From: Candidatus Elulimicrobium sp.
GTDB taxonomy: Bacteria; Patescibacteriota; Minisyncoccia; Phycocordibacterales; UBA918
DNA: 60,440 bases
Direction of reading: 5' to 3'
NCBI GenBank assembly: GCA_020720815.1
Contig: DYNY01000006.1
Coordinates: 1-60,440 of the forward strand
Below are positions 17,754-27,906 of the stretch, one piece after another (the stretch's first letter is position 1; each line of letters starts with the position of its first letter). The notes beneath the pieces are model-generated. The model was not told the origin of the DNA, did no database searches, and saw nothing but the letters and a program-made list of their open reading frames with translations. A program made the position numbers and the translations under genes.

Positions 17754-18524
17754 ATGGAAAACATTAATTGGGTGGCTATCTACACCATGGTTCGTAGGGA
17801 AGTGACGCGGACTTTTCGGGTGGTGGTACAGACGCTAGTAGCGCCGGTTATTTCGGCTTCACTTTATATCTTTATTTTTGGAGTAGTGGTGGGTAGGAGT
17901 ATCGATACAATAGTCGGAGTGCCGTATATTACCTTTGTTTTTCCTGGTATTTTGATGCTGTCAGTTATCAATGCTTCTTTTAGCAGTAGCTCAAGCTCGC
18001 TTTATTTTGCACGTTTTACTAAGAGTATTGAGGAACTCTTAGTAGCGCCAGTTTCTTATTTGGAAATTATTTTTGGCTATATGCTGGGTTCGATGATGCG
18101 AGCTTTGATTGTGGCTAGTTTGATTTTGTTAGTAGGAGTTCTTTTTGGGGCAGTGTCTTTAGTAAGTCCGCTTTTGTTTGTTATTTATATTCTAGGCGTA
18201 TCGGCCATCTTCTCGCTCTTGGGAATGTTGGTAGGGTTATGGGCGCAAAGCTTTGAACAGCTTTCCGTTCTAAATACTTTTATTATTACGCCATTCACTT
18301 ATCTTGGGGGAATATTTTATTCCATTACCATGTTGCCGGAGACGGCACAGATAATTACTATGCTTAATCCTTTCTTCTACTTTGTTGATGGGATTCGTAA
18401 TGCGATGATTGGTATCAGTGAAGCAAATATTTTTGTGGGTGCGGTAGTGATTGGTGGGTTAGTAGTCGGACTCGGAAGTACAGTATTTTATTTATTTAAA
18501 ACTGGTTGGCGGGTCAGAGTTTAG
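17754..18524 (+). CDS. ABC-2 transporter permease (YadH-like)
   Basis: Six TM segments; QTLVAPVIS, YLGGIFYSI, NPFFYFVDG. Confidence 0.92.
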   Translation: MENINWVAIYTMVRREVTRTFRVVVQTLVAPVISASLYIFIFGVVVGRSIDTIVGVPYITFVFPGILMLSVINASFSSSSSSLYFARFTKSIEELLVAPVSYLEIIFGYMLGSMMRALIVASLILLVGVLFGAVSLVSPLLFVIYILGVSAIFSLLGMLVGLWAQSFEQLSVLNTFIITPFTYLGGIFYSITMLPETAQIITMLNPFFYFVDGIRNAMIGISEANIFVGAVVIGGLVVGLGSTVFYLFKTGWRVRV

Positions 18525-18628
18525 AGAATATTCACTCCTAAGGTGGGGAATTAATTGACCGCAAATTTTTCTCGAGGTGATACAATAGAAGTAAGAGTGA
18601 GTGGTTCTTAATAGCTCATTTATTTGGT

Positions 18629-20380
18629 GTGCGTATACAAGATGAACAACTAAAGCGTTTTGTGCTTGATGCTGGGCTCATCAAGAAGGCGGATATTACT
18701 GCGGTCGAAAAAGTTGCCAAAGACGAACGTCGGACACTGGCGGAAGCATTGATTGCTCATGGGCATATGACTGAGGATGATATGCGTCGCATTGAGTCTT
18801 ACGTGCTGGGCATACCCTTTGTTTCGCTGAAGAATATAAAGATTGATTTTGAGGTTTTATCTTTGATCCCTGAGCCAGTAGCACGTAATCACAATATTAT
18901 CGCTTTCAAAAAAGGTGACGGTGAACTTGAAGTAGCGATGCTCGATACAGCTGACTTGCCAGCGATTGACTTTGTAAAAAAGAAAGTAGGTTTGAAAATC
19001 CTTTCACGTTTGACTGATACTGATTCAATGCGTTCGGCCTTACGCCAATATCAAAAAACCCTTAAGGATGAGTTTGGTGACATCATTATGAAAGACGCTT
19101 CAGCTCTTAAGGTGATAGCGGATGAAAATGGAGAAGAAATGTCGGAAAGTGATCTAAAGAAAATGGCGGAAGATCTGCCGGTGGTACGTATTATAGATAC
19201 TCTTTTACGCCACGCCATTATTCAAGGGGCGTCTGATATTCATATTGAGCCAATGGAAGATGATGTGGTGGTACGCTATCGTATAGACGGTATGTTGAGT
19301 GATGCAATGAAGTTACCTAAGCATGCTTCTGGTACGTTAGTGGCGCGTATTAAGGTTTTATCTAATCTTAAGCTAGACCAAAAACGTTTGCCACAAGATG
19401 GTCGTTTCAAAATGGAGATGGATGGGCAAAAAGTCGCTTTTCGTGTCTCTGTTCTTCCGGTTTTTTATGGTGAAAAGATTGTGATGCGACTTTTACGCGA
19501 GAACCGCAGTGGTTTTTCACTCGAAGGGATTGGTTTTCATGGTTCTACGCTTGAGCGTATCCATAAAGCGACGCGAGCCACTACCGGTATTATCCTGGTG
19601 ACTGGTCCGACTGGTTCTGGTAAATCAACCACTCTATATACTATTTTGGACTTATTAAATACACCGGAGGTGAATATTTGTACCATCGAAGATCCGATTG
19701 AGTACCAGATGCCACGCATAAACCAAAGTCAGGTAAAGCCAGAGATTGGTTTTACTTTTGCAGCTGGTCTCCGCTCTTTAATGCGCCAAGACCCCGACAT
19801 TATTATGGTTGGCGAAATCCGTGATGAAGAAACAGCTAGTCTGGCAATTAATGCAGCTCTAACTGGGCACTTGGTGCTTGCTACGGTACACACTAATTCA
19901 GCCGCTGGGACGGTTGCGCGCTTGATTGATATGGGTTCCGAACCTTTTCTTTTGGTTTCAACTTTACGCGTAGCAATTGGACAACGTCTCGTCCGAAAAT
20001 TAGCTGATGATAAGTTGCCTTATATTCTCACTAAAGCTGAACGAGATGATTTAGCTAAGCATCTCGATTTGGACTTAATCCTTAAGACATTGAAAGAAGA
20101 AAATATGATAGCCGATAATGCCACATGGAACGATATACCTTTTTATCATCCAAAAGAAAAAGGCGAAACTGAAGATGGTTATCATGGACGTATGGGTATT
20201 CACGAAGTCTTAGAGATGACTCCTACTATTAAAAGTATGGTAATGGCACAAAAGACGGGTGATGAGATTGAACTACAGTCACGCAAGGAGGGCATGCTAA
20301 CAATGATAGAAGATGGTATTTATAAAGCAGCTAGAGGCTTTACTAGCATTGAAGAAGTGTTACGAGTTATTAATGAATAA
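18629..20380 (+). CDS. pilB: type IV pilus/T2SS assembly ATPase (PilB/GspE)
   Basis: ASDIHIEP, GPTGSGKST, IEDPIEY, RQDPDIIMVGEIRD, TGHLVLATVH. Confidence 0.92.
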   Translation: MRIQDEQLKRFVLDAGLIKKADITAVEKVAKDERRTLAEALIAHGHMTEDDMRRIESYVLGIPFVSLKNIKIDFEVLSLIPEPVARNHNIIAFKKGDGELEVAMLDTADLPAIDFVKKKVGLKILSRLTDTDSMRSALRQYQKTLKDEFGDIIMKDASALKVIADENGEEMSESDLKKMAEDLPVVRIIDTLLRHAIIQGASDIHIEPMEDDVVVRYRIDGMLSDAMKLPKHASGTLVARIKVLSNLKLDQKRLPQDGRFKMEMDGQKVAFRVSVLPVFYGEKIVMRLLRENRSGFSLEGIGFHGSTLERIHKATRATTGIILVTGPTGSGKSTTLYTILDLLNTPEVNICTIEDPIEYQMPRINQSQVKPEIGFTFAAGLRSLMRQDPDIIMVGEIRDEETASLAINAALTGHLVLATVHTNSAAGTVARLIDMGSEPFLLVSTLRVAIGQRLVRKLADDKLPYILTKAERDDLAKHLDLDLILKTLKEENMIADNATWNDIPFYHPKEKGETEDGYHGRMGIHEVLEMTPTIKSMVMAQKTGDEIELQSRKEGMLTMIEDGIYKAARGFTSIEEVLRVINE

Positions 20381-20382
20381 TC

Positions 20383-21609
20383 ATGCCTACTTTTACTTAT
20401 AGTGGGGAAGATCATTCGGGAGAGAAAGTAACCAAGACAGTGACTGCCGATGACCGCTATGCTGTATATGATATAGCTAGGCAAGAAGGACACCGAATTA
20501 CTAGTATCAAAACTACTAGCAGTGGATTTAAGAAATTTCTAAATATTGAAAAGTTAAATTATCTGCTTAGTCGAGTCTCGAGTGATGAGTTGGTAATGAT
20601 AACTAGAAATTTGGGTTCCATGCTTAAGGCAGGTCTTACTGTGACACGGGCACTGACTGTTATAGAAAGACAGTCATCTAATCCAAGAATGAAAGGGGTA
20701 ACTAAGCAAATCGTTGAGCAAATAAATAAAGGTGAACAATTTCACGTGGCATTAAAAAAGTTTCCAGAAGTATTTAGTGATCTTTATATTGCGATGATTA
20801 AGGCCGGTGAAGAGAGTGGCAGTTTATCGGAGTCTCTAAAGACTCTTTCAGTTCAAATGGAACGCTCCAGTAACTTGGCTAAGAAGGTTAAAGGGGCAAT
20901 GATCTACCCAGCGATTGTTATTACTGTCATGGTAATAATTTCTATTTTAATGATGATTTATGTGATGCCACAAATCACCGATGTATTTAAAGGAATGGAT
21001 AAGGATCTTCCTGCGACTACCGAATTTTTAATTGGTGCCAGTGATTTTTTTGTGGACAATACCCTGGTTGCGCTTGTTTCAATAATTGGTTTTGTAGTGG
21101 GTACACTATCATTTCTTAAAACAAAAGCCGGTCGCACTATTTCTTCCTGGGTCGTAGTCAGGTTACCGGTTATTGGTACTATGGCTAAAGAGACGAATAC
21201 TGCTCGTACGGCCCGTACCCTTTCGTCGTTACTTAATTCTGGTGTAGATGTCATTCAGTCAATTCAAATTACCGAGGAAGTAATTCAGAATGTTTTTTAC
21301 AAAAAAATTCTCCGTGATGCGGCAGAGAGAGTAGAGAAAGGCACGGCCCTCTCTGAGACTTTTATTGAACGTTCAGACCTCTACCCAATTTTGGTTGGTG
21401 AGATGATTTTGGTTGGTGAAGAAACGGGTCAGATATCTGGCATGTTGCAGGAGCTAGCTGTATTTTATGAAACGGAAGTAGAGCGAAAAACTAAAGATCT
21501 CTCAACGATTATTGAACCTATTCTAATGGTGATTATTGGGGCTGGTGTTGGCTTTTTTGCTTTGGCGATGATTGCCCCAATTTATTCAATTTCAGATGGC
21601 TTGAAATAA
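20383..21609 (+). CDS. pilC: type IV pilus platform protein (PilC/GspF)
   Basis: AGEESGSL, AMIYP, VGEETG, IIEP. Confidence 0.92.
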   Translation: MPTFTYSGEDHSGEKVTKTVTADDRYAVYDIARQEGHRITSIKTTSSGFKKFLNIEKLNYLLSRVSSDELVMITRNLGSMLKAGLTVTRALTVIERQSSNPRMKGVTKQIVEQINKGEQFHVALKKFPEVFSDLYIAMIKAGEESGSLSESLKTLSVQMERSSNLAKKVKGAMIYPAIVITVMVIISILMMIYVMPQITDVFKGMDKDLPATTEFLIGASDFFVDNTLVALVSIIGFVVGTLSFLKTKAGRTISSWVVVRLPVIGTMAKETNTARTARTLSSLLNSGVDVIQSIQITEEVIQNVFYKKILRDAAERVEKGTALSETFIERSDLYPILVGEMILVGEETGQISGMLQELAVFYETEVERKTKDLSTIIEPILMVIIGAGVGFFALAMIAPIYSISDGLK

Positions 21610-21621
21610 GCCAGACCCGAT

Positions 21622-23379
21622 ATGAAAAAAATACCAATTACAAATAATGGTTTCTCCTTGATTGAAGTGATTGTTGTGAGTGCTATTTTGGTTTTGGTAT
21701 TTGGTGGTTTGTTTGTAGCTTTTGATTATTCACTAAAAGTTATTAATAACTCACGGGCTAAGCTTACAGCTATTTCTGTTGCTAATGATCGAATGGAGTA
21801 TTTTCGGTCTCTGCCTTACGCTGATGTTGGTGTGGTAAATGGTTTCCCGGTAGGGACTATTCTTCAAACTAGCACCACTACGATGAATGGAATTGAATTT
21901 GCTGAGCGAGTGCGGGTTGATTATGTCGATGACCCAGATGATGGCCAGGTCACTGCTACCACCACTGATAGTAATAATATATCCACTGATTATAAAAGAA
22001 TAAGACTAGAATATACTTGGGAGATTGCTGGAGCTACTAGTACCATTTTTATGGTTAGTAATATTATCCCTCGTTCCATTGAGACCAATGTTGGTGGTGG
22101 TACGGTGCGTATTATTGTAATAGATGATAATTCAGAATTGCTACCCGGGGCTAGTGTCAGAGTTAAAAATATAAGTAACGGTTATGATGTGACTTCAGTT
22201 ACTGATGTTAGTGGGATGGCTCTTTTTTCAGTTCCAGCCGATAGTGATTATGAAGCTGAGGTAACCGGGCCGATAGCTGGTAAAAATTACTCGATTGATG
22301 GAACCTATGTTGCCACTACCAGTAATCCTAATCCTGTGGTGTCAGCCTTTTCTGTACTTGAGGCCGATATTTCAACTCTCACTTTTCAGATCGGTGAATT
22401 GAGTGATTTAATGATAAAGACCCTAAGTTCGGTAGTAGAGGGTAATTTACGGGAAGAATTTATTGATCTTAGTGGTGTCGCTTCTAGTTCCGATATTGAT
22501 ATTATGGCTGGCCAATTAGTCCTTGCTGGGTCGCCGAATTATGAAATTAGGGGTGTAGCATATCTTATGCCAATTGAACCAACTACCCTATTGCGTTGGG
22601 AGACGATAGCTATTGGAGCTGATTTGCCAGTTGACACTTCATACAAGGTACGGGTTTCAACCGGTACTAGTTCTGGGCCATTTACACTAATACCAGAGAT
22701 AGATTTGCCTGGTAACAGTGCTGGTTTTAGTGATAGTCTGATTGATATTTCGGAATTAGATCCAGTCGTTTATCCATCATTAGTAGTGGAGCTAGTTTTA
22801 GAAACCACTGATACTAATTTTTCTCCGTTTCTTGACGAGGTCGGTGTTTATTACCGTGAAAGTGAAGTTATTAGTCCAGATGTAGACTTTACTATGGTTG
22901 GCAGTAAAGTAATTGGTAGTGATGCGATTTTCGCGCCTATCTATAAATTTAATTTAGCCACATCAACTAACTCTTTTGGGGAACTTCTGTTACCTGAGAT
23001 TGAGTTTGATATATATAGCCTTAATTTTTCTCCTAGCTACGATGTAGAATCTGGCTGTCCGGCGCTTCCGTTTACCCACCAGGCTGGTATTAATGGAGAG
23101 CTTGAGTTGTTACTAGCAGGTAATCAACTATATACATTACGCGTGGTAGTGACCGACTCACTTGCTCGAGCTATTCCTGGAGCCAAAGTAATCTTAAGTC
23201 GTAGTGGATTTTCTAGCACAGAGTACGCCAATACTTGTGGTCAGGTTTTCTTTAATAGTGGTGTGGCCGATGAAGTAGATTATGTTGTTGACATTAGTGC
23301 ACCAGGCTATACGACTATCAATATAAACCCTTATGAAATAGGGGCTGATAATTTATTGAGTGTTACACTCAACCCATAA
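21622..23379 (+). CDS. large prepilin-like protein with carboxypeptidase-regulatory-like beta domains
   Basis: G/FSLIEVIV class III signal; two LPGASV/IPGAKV-type repeats. Confidence 0.8.
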   Translation: MKKIPITNNGFSLIEVIVVSAILVLVFGGLFVAFDYSLKVINNSRAKLTAISVANDRMEYFRSLPYADVGVVNGFPVGTILQTSTTTMNGIEFAERVRVDYVDDPDDGQVTATTTDSNNISTDYKRIRLEYTWEIAGATSTIFMVSNIIPRSIETNVGGGTVRIIVIDDNSELLPGASVRVKNISNGYDVTSVTDVSGMALFSVPADSDYEAEVTGPIAGKNYSIDGTYVATTSNPNPVVSAFSVLEADISTLTFQIGELSDLMIKTLSSVVEGNLREEFIDLSGVASSSDIDIMAGQLVLAGSPNYEIRGVAYLMPIEPTTLLRWETIAIGADLPVDTSYKVRVSTGTSSGPFTLIPEIDLPGNSAGFSDSLIDISELDPVVYPSLVVELVLETTDTNFSPFLDEVGVYYRESEVISPDVDFTMVGSKVIGSDAIFAPIYKFNLATSTNSFGELLLPEIEFDIYSLNFSPSYDVESGCPALPFTHQAGINGELELLLAGNQLYTLRVVVTDSLARAIPGAKVILSRSGFSSTEYANTCGQVFFNSGVADEVDYVVDISAPGYTTININPYEIGADNLLSVTLNP

Positions 23380-23385
23380 AACTTT

Positions 23386-24000
23386 ATGTCACTTAAAAGT
23401 TTTAATAAAAATAGTGGTATGACGCTCATTGAAGCGGTAGTAGCGGTGGGTCTATATACCATACTATCGGTAGTGATTATGGCAACCATTACTGATTTTT
23501 ATAAATTTAATGCGTACACTCTAGAACAAGTTGATGAAATCGAAAATGCTCGCAGGGGTATGACTCAATGGAATCGGGATGCTAAGGAAATGACTACTGG
23601 GGAAGATGGTTCATTTCCAATTGCGGTGATTGATGAGCATCGGTTTGGTTACTATAGTGACACTGACCAAGATGACATGGTTGAATATGTAGAATACATA
23701 TTAGCTACCACGACATTGAGAAAATTTAGTTATAACCCTACTGGTACACCAGCTTCTTATGACTTAACTACTCCTGATATGGAGCAGGTACTTTCACTGT
23801 ATGTACAAAATATTAATCAAGGGACTTCTACGTTTATGTATTTTGATAATAATGGAAATAAATTGAGTTCAACTTCTCCAATTATTAATGTGCGCTACAT
23901 TCAAGCTCAAATGATTGTAAACATTGATCAGAATCGTTCGCCCGGAGAGTTTATGCTCAGGTCTAGTCTTGCACCTCGCAATCTAAAGGATAATCTATAA
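23386..24000 (+). CDS. minor pilin (PilW/GspJ-like)
   Basis: G/MTLIEAVV class III signal; C-terminal PRNL. Confidence 0.8.
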   Translation: MSLKSFNKNSGMTLIEAVVAVGLYTILSVVIMATITDFYKFNAYTLEQVDEIENARRGMTQWNRDAKEMTTGEDGSFPIAVIDEHRFGYYSDTDQDDMVEYVEYILATTTLRKFSYNPTGTPASYDLTTPDMEQVLSLYVQNINQGTSTFMYFDNNGNKLSSTSPIINVRYIQAQMIVNIDQNRSPGEFMLRSSLAPRNLKDNL

Positions 24001-24006
24001 TAAGCT

Positions 24007-25440
24007 ATGAATCGTAATTTGACATTAAGAACAAAGAACAACAAATCAGCTGGATACTTAATGATCCTAGTCTTGGTTTTTAGTGGCATATTTTTTACTA
24101 TCATTAGTGGTTTTGTTGGCTATGTAATTACCCAAAACAAACTTGTAAATTTTCGCTACGAACAACAACGAGCCACTGAAATTGCTGAGGCCGGATTAAA
24201 TTATTACAAATGGTATTTAGCTCATTATCCTGGGGATTTGACCAACGGTACTGGTGTGCCAGGGCCATATGTACACCAATATAAAGATCCAGTGAGTGGA
24301 ACATTTTTCGGAGAATTTTCTCTGACAGTTGCTAGTACCACCTATTGTGGTAGTATCGCCTCGATTGAAGTTGAGTCGACGGCCTTTACTTATCAGGATC
24401 TTTCGGCAATTAGTACGGTGCGAGCTCGTTATACCAGACCAACAGTAGCTGAGTATTCATTTATAACAAATAGTTCAGTTTGGTACGGCGATGATAGAGT
24501 GATTACTGGTCCGGTTCATTCCAATCAAGGAATAAGAATGGACGGATTCCATAACTCTGCTATTGGTAGTGGTCAACTAACTTGGACATGTGATAGTACT
24601 TTTGGTTGTAATCCAAACCGTGTCGTAGCAGGTGTTTACACTACTAGTGGTAATGCTACACCTGGCCTTTTTCAGTTCCCTACCTCGCCGGTTGATTTTA
24701 ATGGAATAAGTTTAGACTTAGGTGAAATAAAAAACAAAGCACAAAATGCTGGTGGAATTTACTATGGACCATCAGGTGCTAGTGGCTATAGAGTAATTTT
24801 TAATGGTGATAATACGATTACAGTCCGTCGAGTGAATTCGACTACTGCTTATACAGCTTATTCAACCACTGAAGGGTATCATACAGAAAGTAATGTTATT
24901 ACCAATGACAGTTTATTAGGAAATAGGGTGGTTAATTCTGCTTGTCCGATTTTATATTTCGAAGATAAAGTTTGGTTGGAAGGTCAGGTTTCGCAAAAAG
25001 TTACTTTAGCAGCAGCCAATTTATCAAGTGGAGCACAAACAAACATAGTAATAAATAACAATATTGAATATGTTCCTGACAGCGTGTCTGGCTTGTTAGC
25101 TATCGCTGAGGATGATATCGATGTTGGTTTAGTAGTGCCAAATAATATGAGAGCTGATGGAATTTATATAGCACAAAATGGCAGATTTGGCAGAAATCAC
25201 TACAGGGCTTCTGATTTATCAAACGCATTAGATCCCTATATTCTTCGGGGAACTCTTACACAATATGGAAGTACTATTTCAAATGGAAGAGTTGGCACAA
25301 AGTGGACAAATAATGGTGTAACAATCTCAGGTTTTGCTAATCGAATTAATTCATTTGATTTAAACCAGGTAGTGAGTCCACCGCCAATTACTCCCGAGAC
25401 TTCAGATGTCTATACTTTTAAGGATTGGCGTCAAGATTAA
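24007..25440 (+). CDS. PilX-like minor pilin
   Basis: G/YLMILVLV N-terminus without E5, IAEAGL, GPVHSN. Confidence 0.75.
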   Translation: MNRNLTLRTKNNKSAGYLMILVLVFSGIFFTIISGFVGYVITQNKLVNFRYEQQRATEIAEAGLNYYKWYLAHYPGDLTNGTGVPGPYVHQYKDPVSGTFFGEFSLTVASTTYCGSIASIEVESTAFTYQDLSAISTVRARYTRPTVAEYSFITNSSVWYGDDRVITGPVHSNQGIRMDGFHNSAIGSGQLTWTCDSTFGCNPNRVVAGVYTTSGNATPGLFQFPTSPVDFNGISLDLGEIKNKAQNAGGIYYGPSGASGYRVIFNGDNTITVRRVNSTTAYTAYSTTEGYHTESNVITNDSLLGNRVVNSACPILYFEDKVWLEGQVSQKVTLAAANLSSGAQTNIVINNNIEYVPDSVSGLLAIAEDDIDVGLVVPNNMRADGIYIAQNGRFGRNHYRASDLSNALDPYILRGTLTQYGSTISNGRVGTKWTNNGVTISGFANRINSFDLNQVVSPPPITPETSDVYTFKDWRQD

Positions 25441-25441
25441 A

Positions 25442-25478
25442 CAAAAAGGTCGCCAGGCATAGCCTGGCGACCTTTTTG
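25442..25478 (+). terminator. pilus operon terminator
   Basis: 17-bp perfect stem with T tail. Confidence 0.75.
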
Positions 25479-25498
25479 CTATGGTACAATTTATCAGT

Positions 25499-26275
25499 AT
25501 GAAATACACCAAAGCCCTTGTGGTTGGTAATTGGAAACTTAATCCAGGCACCAGTATTGAAGCGAAGTCATTAGCCTTGGCGATTAAAAAACATGTGGCA
25601 AAATATAAAGAAACGCAAGTGGTGGTTGCGCCACCATTTTTATTTATACCGGATGTAGCACGCAATCTAACCAAGACCGAAGTCAAGTTGGGAGCTCAAG
25701 ATGCTCATTTTGAGGAACGTGGTGCTTGTACCGGTGAAGTCAGTCCCGTAATGTTAGCTACTTTTGGTGTGACTTATGTAATTGTTGGGCACTCAGAGAG
25801 GAGAGCGCTTGGTGAGACTAATAAACAGGTTAATCTAAAAATTCAAACTATACTTAAACGTAAACAAACCCCAATTGTTTGTATCGGAGAAAAAGTGCGT
25901 GATAGTCAGGGTCTGTTCTTCAATGAAATTGAAGAACAGGTAAGAAGTTTAGCTGAAAAACTGACCCCTGTTATGTTATCTCGAATTGTTATTGCTTACG
26001 AACCGATTTGGGCGATTGGTACCGGAGCCACAGCGACAGCTGAAGATGTGAAAGAGATGCAGCTCTTTATTGTTAGTGTATTGACCAAGATTTACGAGAG
26101 AAAAGTAGCCGCCAAAGTACATCTCATTTATGGTGGATCAGTTAAATCTAGTAACGCTTTGGAGCTATACCAAGAGGGAGGGATGAATGGTTTCTTGGTT
26201 GGGGGAGCAAGTTTACAAGCTAAGGAATTTGCTGCGATTGTTGCAATGACATTGCCCAAGGAAGCTAAAAAATAA
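25499..26275 (+). CDS. tpiA: triosephosphate isomerase
   Basis: GNWKLN, GHSERR, AYEPIWAIGTG, YGGSV, LVGGASL. Confidence 0.97.
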   Translation: MKYTKALVVGNWKLNPGTSIEAKSLALAIKKHVAKYKETQVVVAPPFLFIPDVARNLTKTEVKLGAQDAHFEERGACTGEVSPVMLATFGVTYVIVGHSERRALGETNKQVNLKIQTILKRKQTPIVCIGEKVRDSQGLFFNEIEEQVRSLAEKLTPVMLSRIVIAYEPIWAIGTGATATAEDVKEMQLFIVSVLTKIYERKVAAKVHLIYGGSVKSSNALELYQEGGMNGFLVGGASLQAKEFAAIVAMTLPKEAKK

Positions 26276-26279
26276 TATT

Positions 26280-27404
26280 ATGGATTTGCGTTTAATTACA
26301 GAAGCAGAAAATTTGCAGGGTAAATATGTATTGGTAAGAGCATCTTGTAATGTGCCTTTGGATAAAGGAGTGGTTTGTAATTCATTTCGTCTACGCCGAG
26401 CACTGCCTACCTTGGAATATTTACGTCTCGAGGGAGCACGGGTAATCGTGATATCACATATTGGTAGAAAGACGACTGATTCCTTGCTACCAGTTTATGA
26501 AGCGCTAAATAAATTAATTCCAATTAGTTGGGGTGGCCGTATCACCGATCCAGCTTTTGCTACCACTAGAGAGGCGATGAATGACGGAGATATTGTCCTA
26601 TGTGAGAATCTTAGGCAAGATACACGAGAGGAAAGTAATGAACAATCGCTAGTCGAAGAAATAGCTAAGTACGCCTCTATCTACGTAAATGATGCTTTTG
26701 CCGAAGCTCATCGTGATCATGCTTCTACCCTTGGCTTGGCACAAGTTTTGCCAGCTTATGCTGGCATTACTTTGGCGGAGGAAGTGATAGAACTAATGAA
26801 GGTAATGCAGCCACAAAGCCCCTCGCTCTTCTTACTTGGTGGCGCTAAGTTTGAAACTAAGATGCCCCTGGTGGAGAAATATCTTAATCTCTATGATCAT
26901 GTCTTTGTCGGAGGAGCACTTGCTAATGATGTGTTAAAGGCTAGGGGGTATGAAGTCGGCACTTCTCTGGTGTCAGATGTTTCTCTAGCAAAAGCACCAT
27001 TTCTATGGAGTGAGAAGCTACTTTTACCACTTGATGTAATTGTTGACGGTCCATATGGAGTAGCGACCAAGCTGTTAGATCAAGTTGCTAAAGAAGAGAA
27101 GATTTTGGACGTCGGTCCAGAAACAGTGTTGATGCTAGAGAGTTATATTTTGAAGTCTAAAACAATTTTGTGGAATGGACCATTCGGGAATTATGAGCAG
27201 GGATTTGTTGAGGGAACGGAAGCAGTGGCTGAGATGATAGCTAAAGCAACCGGTTTTTCCGTGTTGGGTGGAGGAGATACAGTAGCATCGGTGGAGAAGC
27301 TTGGGCTTAACAAAAAGTTTGGCTTTATTTCGATTGGCGGTGGTTCGATGTTGACTTTGCTTGAGTATGGTACGACACCAGTGCTACAAGCACTGTGCAA
27401 ATAA
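26280..27404 (+). CDS. pgk: phosphoglycerate kinase
   Basis: SHIGR, ENLR, VNDAF..AHR.HAS, GGAK, WNGP.G, GGGDT. Confidence 0.93.
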   Translation: MDLRLITEAENLQGKYVLVRASCNVPLDKGVVCNSFRLRRALPTLEYLRLEGARVIVISHIGRKTTDSLLPVYEALNKLIPISWGGRITDPAFATTREAMNDGDIVLCENLRQDTREESNEQSLVEEIAKYASIYVNDAFAEAHRDHASTLGLAQVLPAYAGITLAEEVIELMKVMQPQSPSLFLLGGAKFETKMPLVEKYLNLYDHVFVGGALANDVLKARGYEVGTSLVSDVSLAKAPFLWSEKLLLPLDVIVDGPYGVATKLLDQVAKEEKILDVGPETVLMLESYILKSKTILWNGPFGNYEQGFVEGTEAVAEMIAKATGFSVLGGGDTVASVEKLGLNKKFGFISIGGGSMLTLLEYGTTPVLQALCK

Positions 27405-27413
27405 ATCTGTTAA

Positions 27414-27456
27414 AATACAAAAGCTGTGGAGGCTTAGCCTCCACAGCTTTTGTATT
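27414..27456. terminator. bidirectional terminator pgk/HIT
   Basis: 20-bp perfect stem, 3-nt loop. Confidence 0.78.
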
Positions 27457-27457
27457 A

Positions 27458-27856
27458 TTATTTAATTAATAATAACTTCTCACGAACAGCACTAGCTGTT
27501 ATTTTAAGTTCTTCGTCTTTTGCTTCTATTCTTGGATTTAAAACTAAGTCAGTGTTTCGGCAAGGGTAGAGCCGGACGTGGACATGTGGTACTTCAAAGC
27601 CTTCTATAACCACACAGGTCCGCAGGGTGCTGTAGACCAGATCAAGTGCCTGCGCAATTTTCTTAGTGGTGTCCATTAATGCGTCGTATTCTTTGGTGGT
27701 TAAATCAAAAACGTAAGCCACTGGTCGTTTATTTATCACTAACAATTGTCCCAACATAGATGGGAATTTGTCAGGGATAACAATTGTTTGTTCATCCTCA
27801 TAAATAATCTCAGCCGGAATTTCGCGGTCAATAATTTTAGAAAAAATAGTTTTCAT
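27458..27856 (-). CDS. HIT-family hydrolase
   Basis: TIFSKII.REIP, GFEVPHVHVRL (third triad His replaced by Arg). Confidence 0.88.
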   Translation of the reverse strand: MKTIFSKIIDREIPAEIIYEDEQTIVIPDKFPSMLGQLLVINKRPVAYVFDLTTKEYDALMDTTKKIAQALDLVYSTLRTCVVIEGFEVPHVHVRLYPCRNTDLVLNPRIEAKDEELKITASAVREKLLLIK

Positions 27857-27906
27857 ATAATTCTAGTATACTCCCAGATTAGCTGTTTGTGGTAGGATAG
27901 GAAAAT

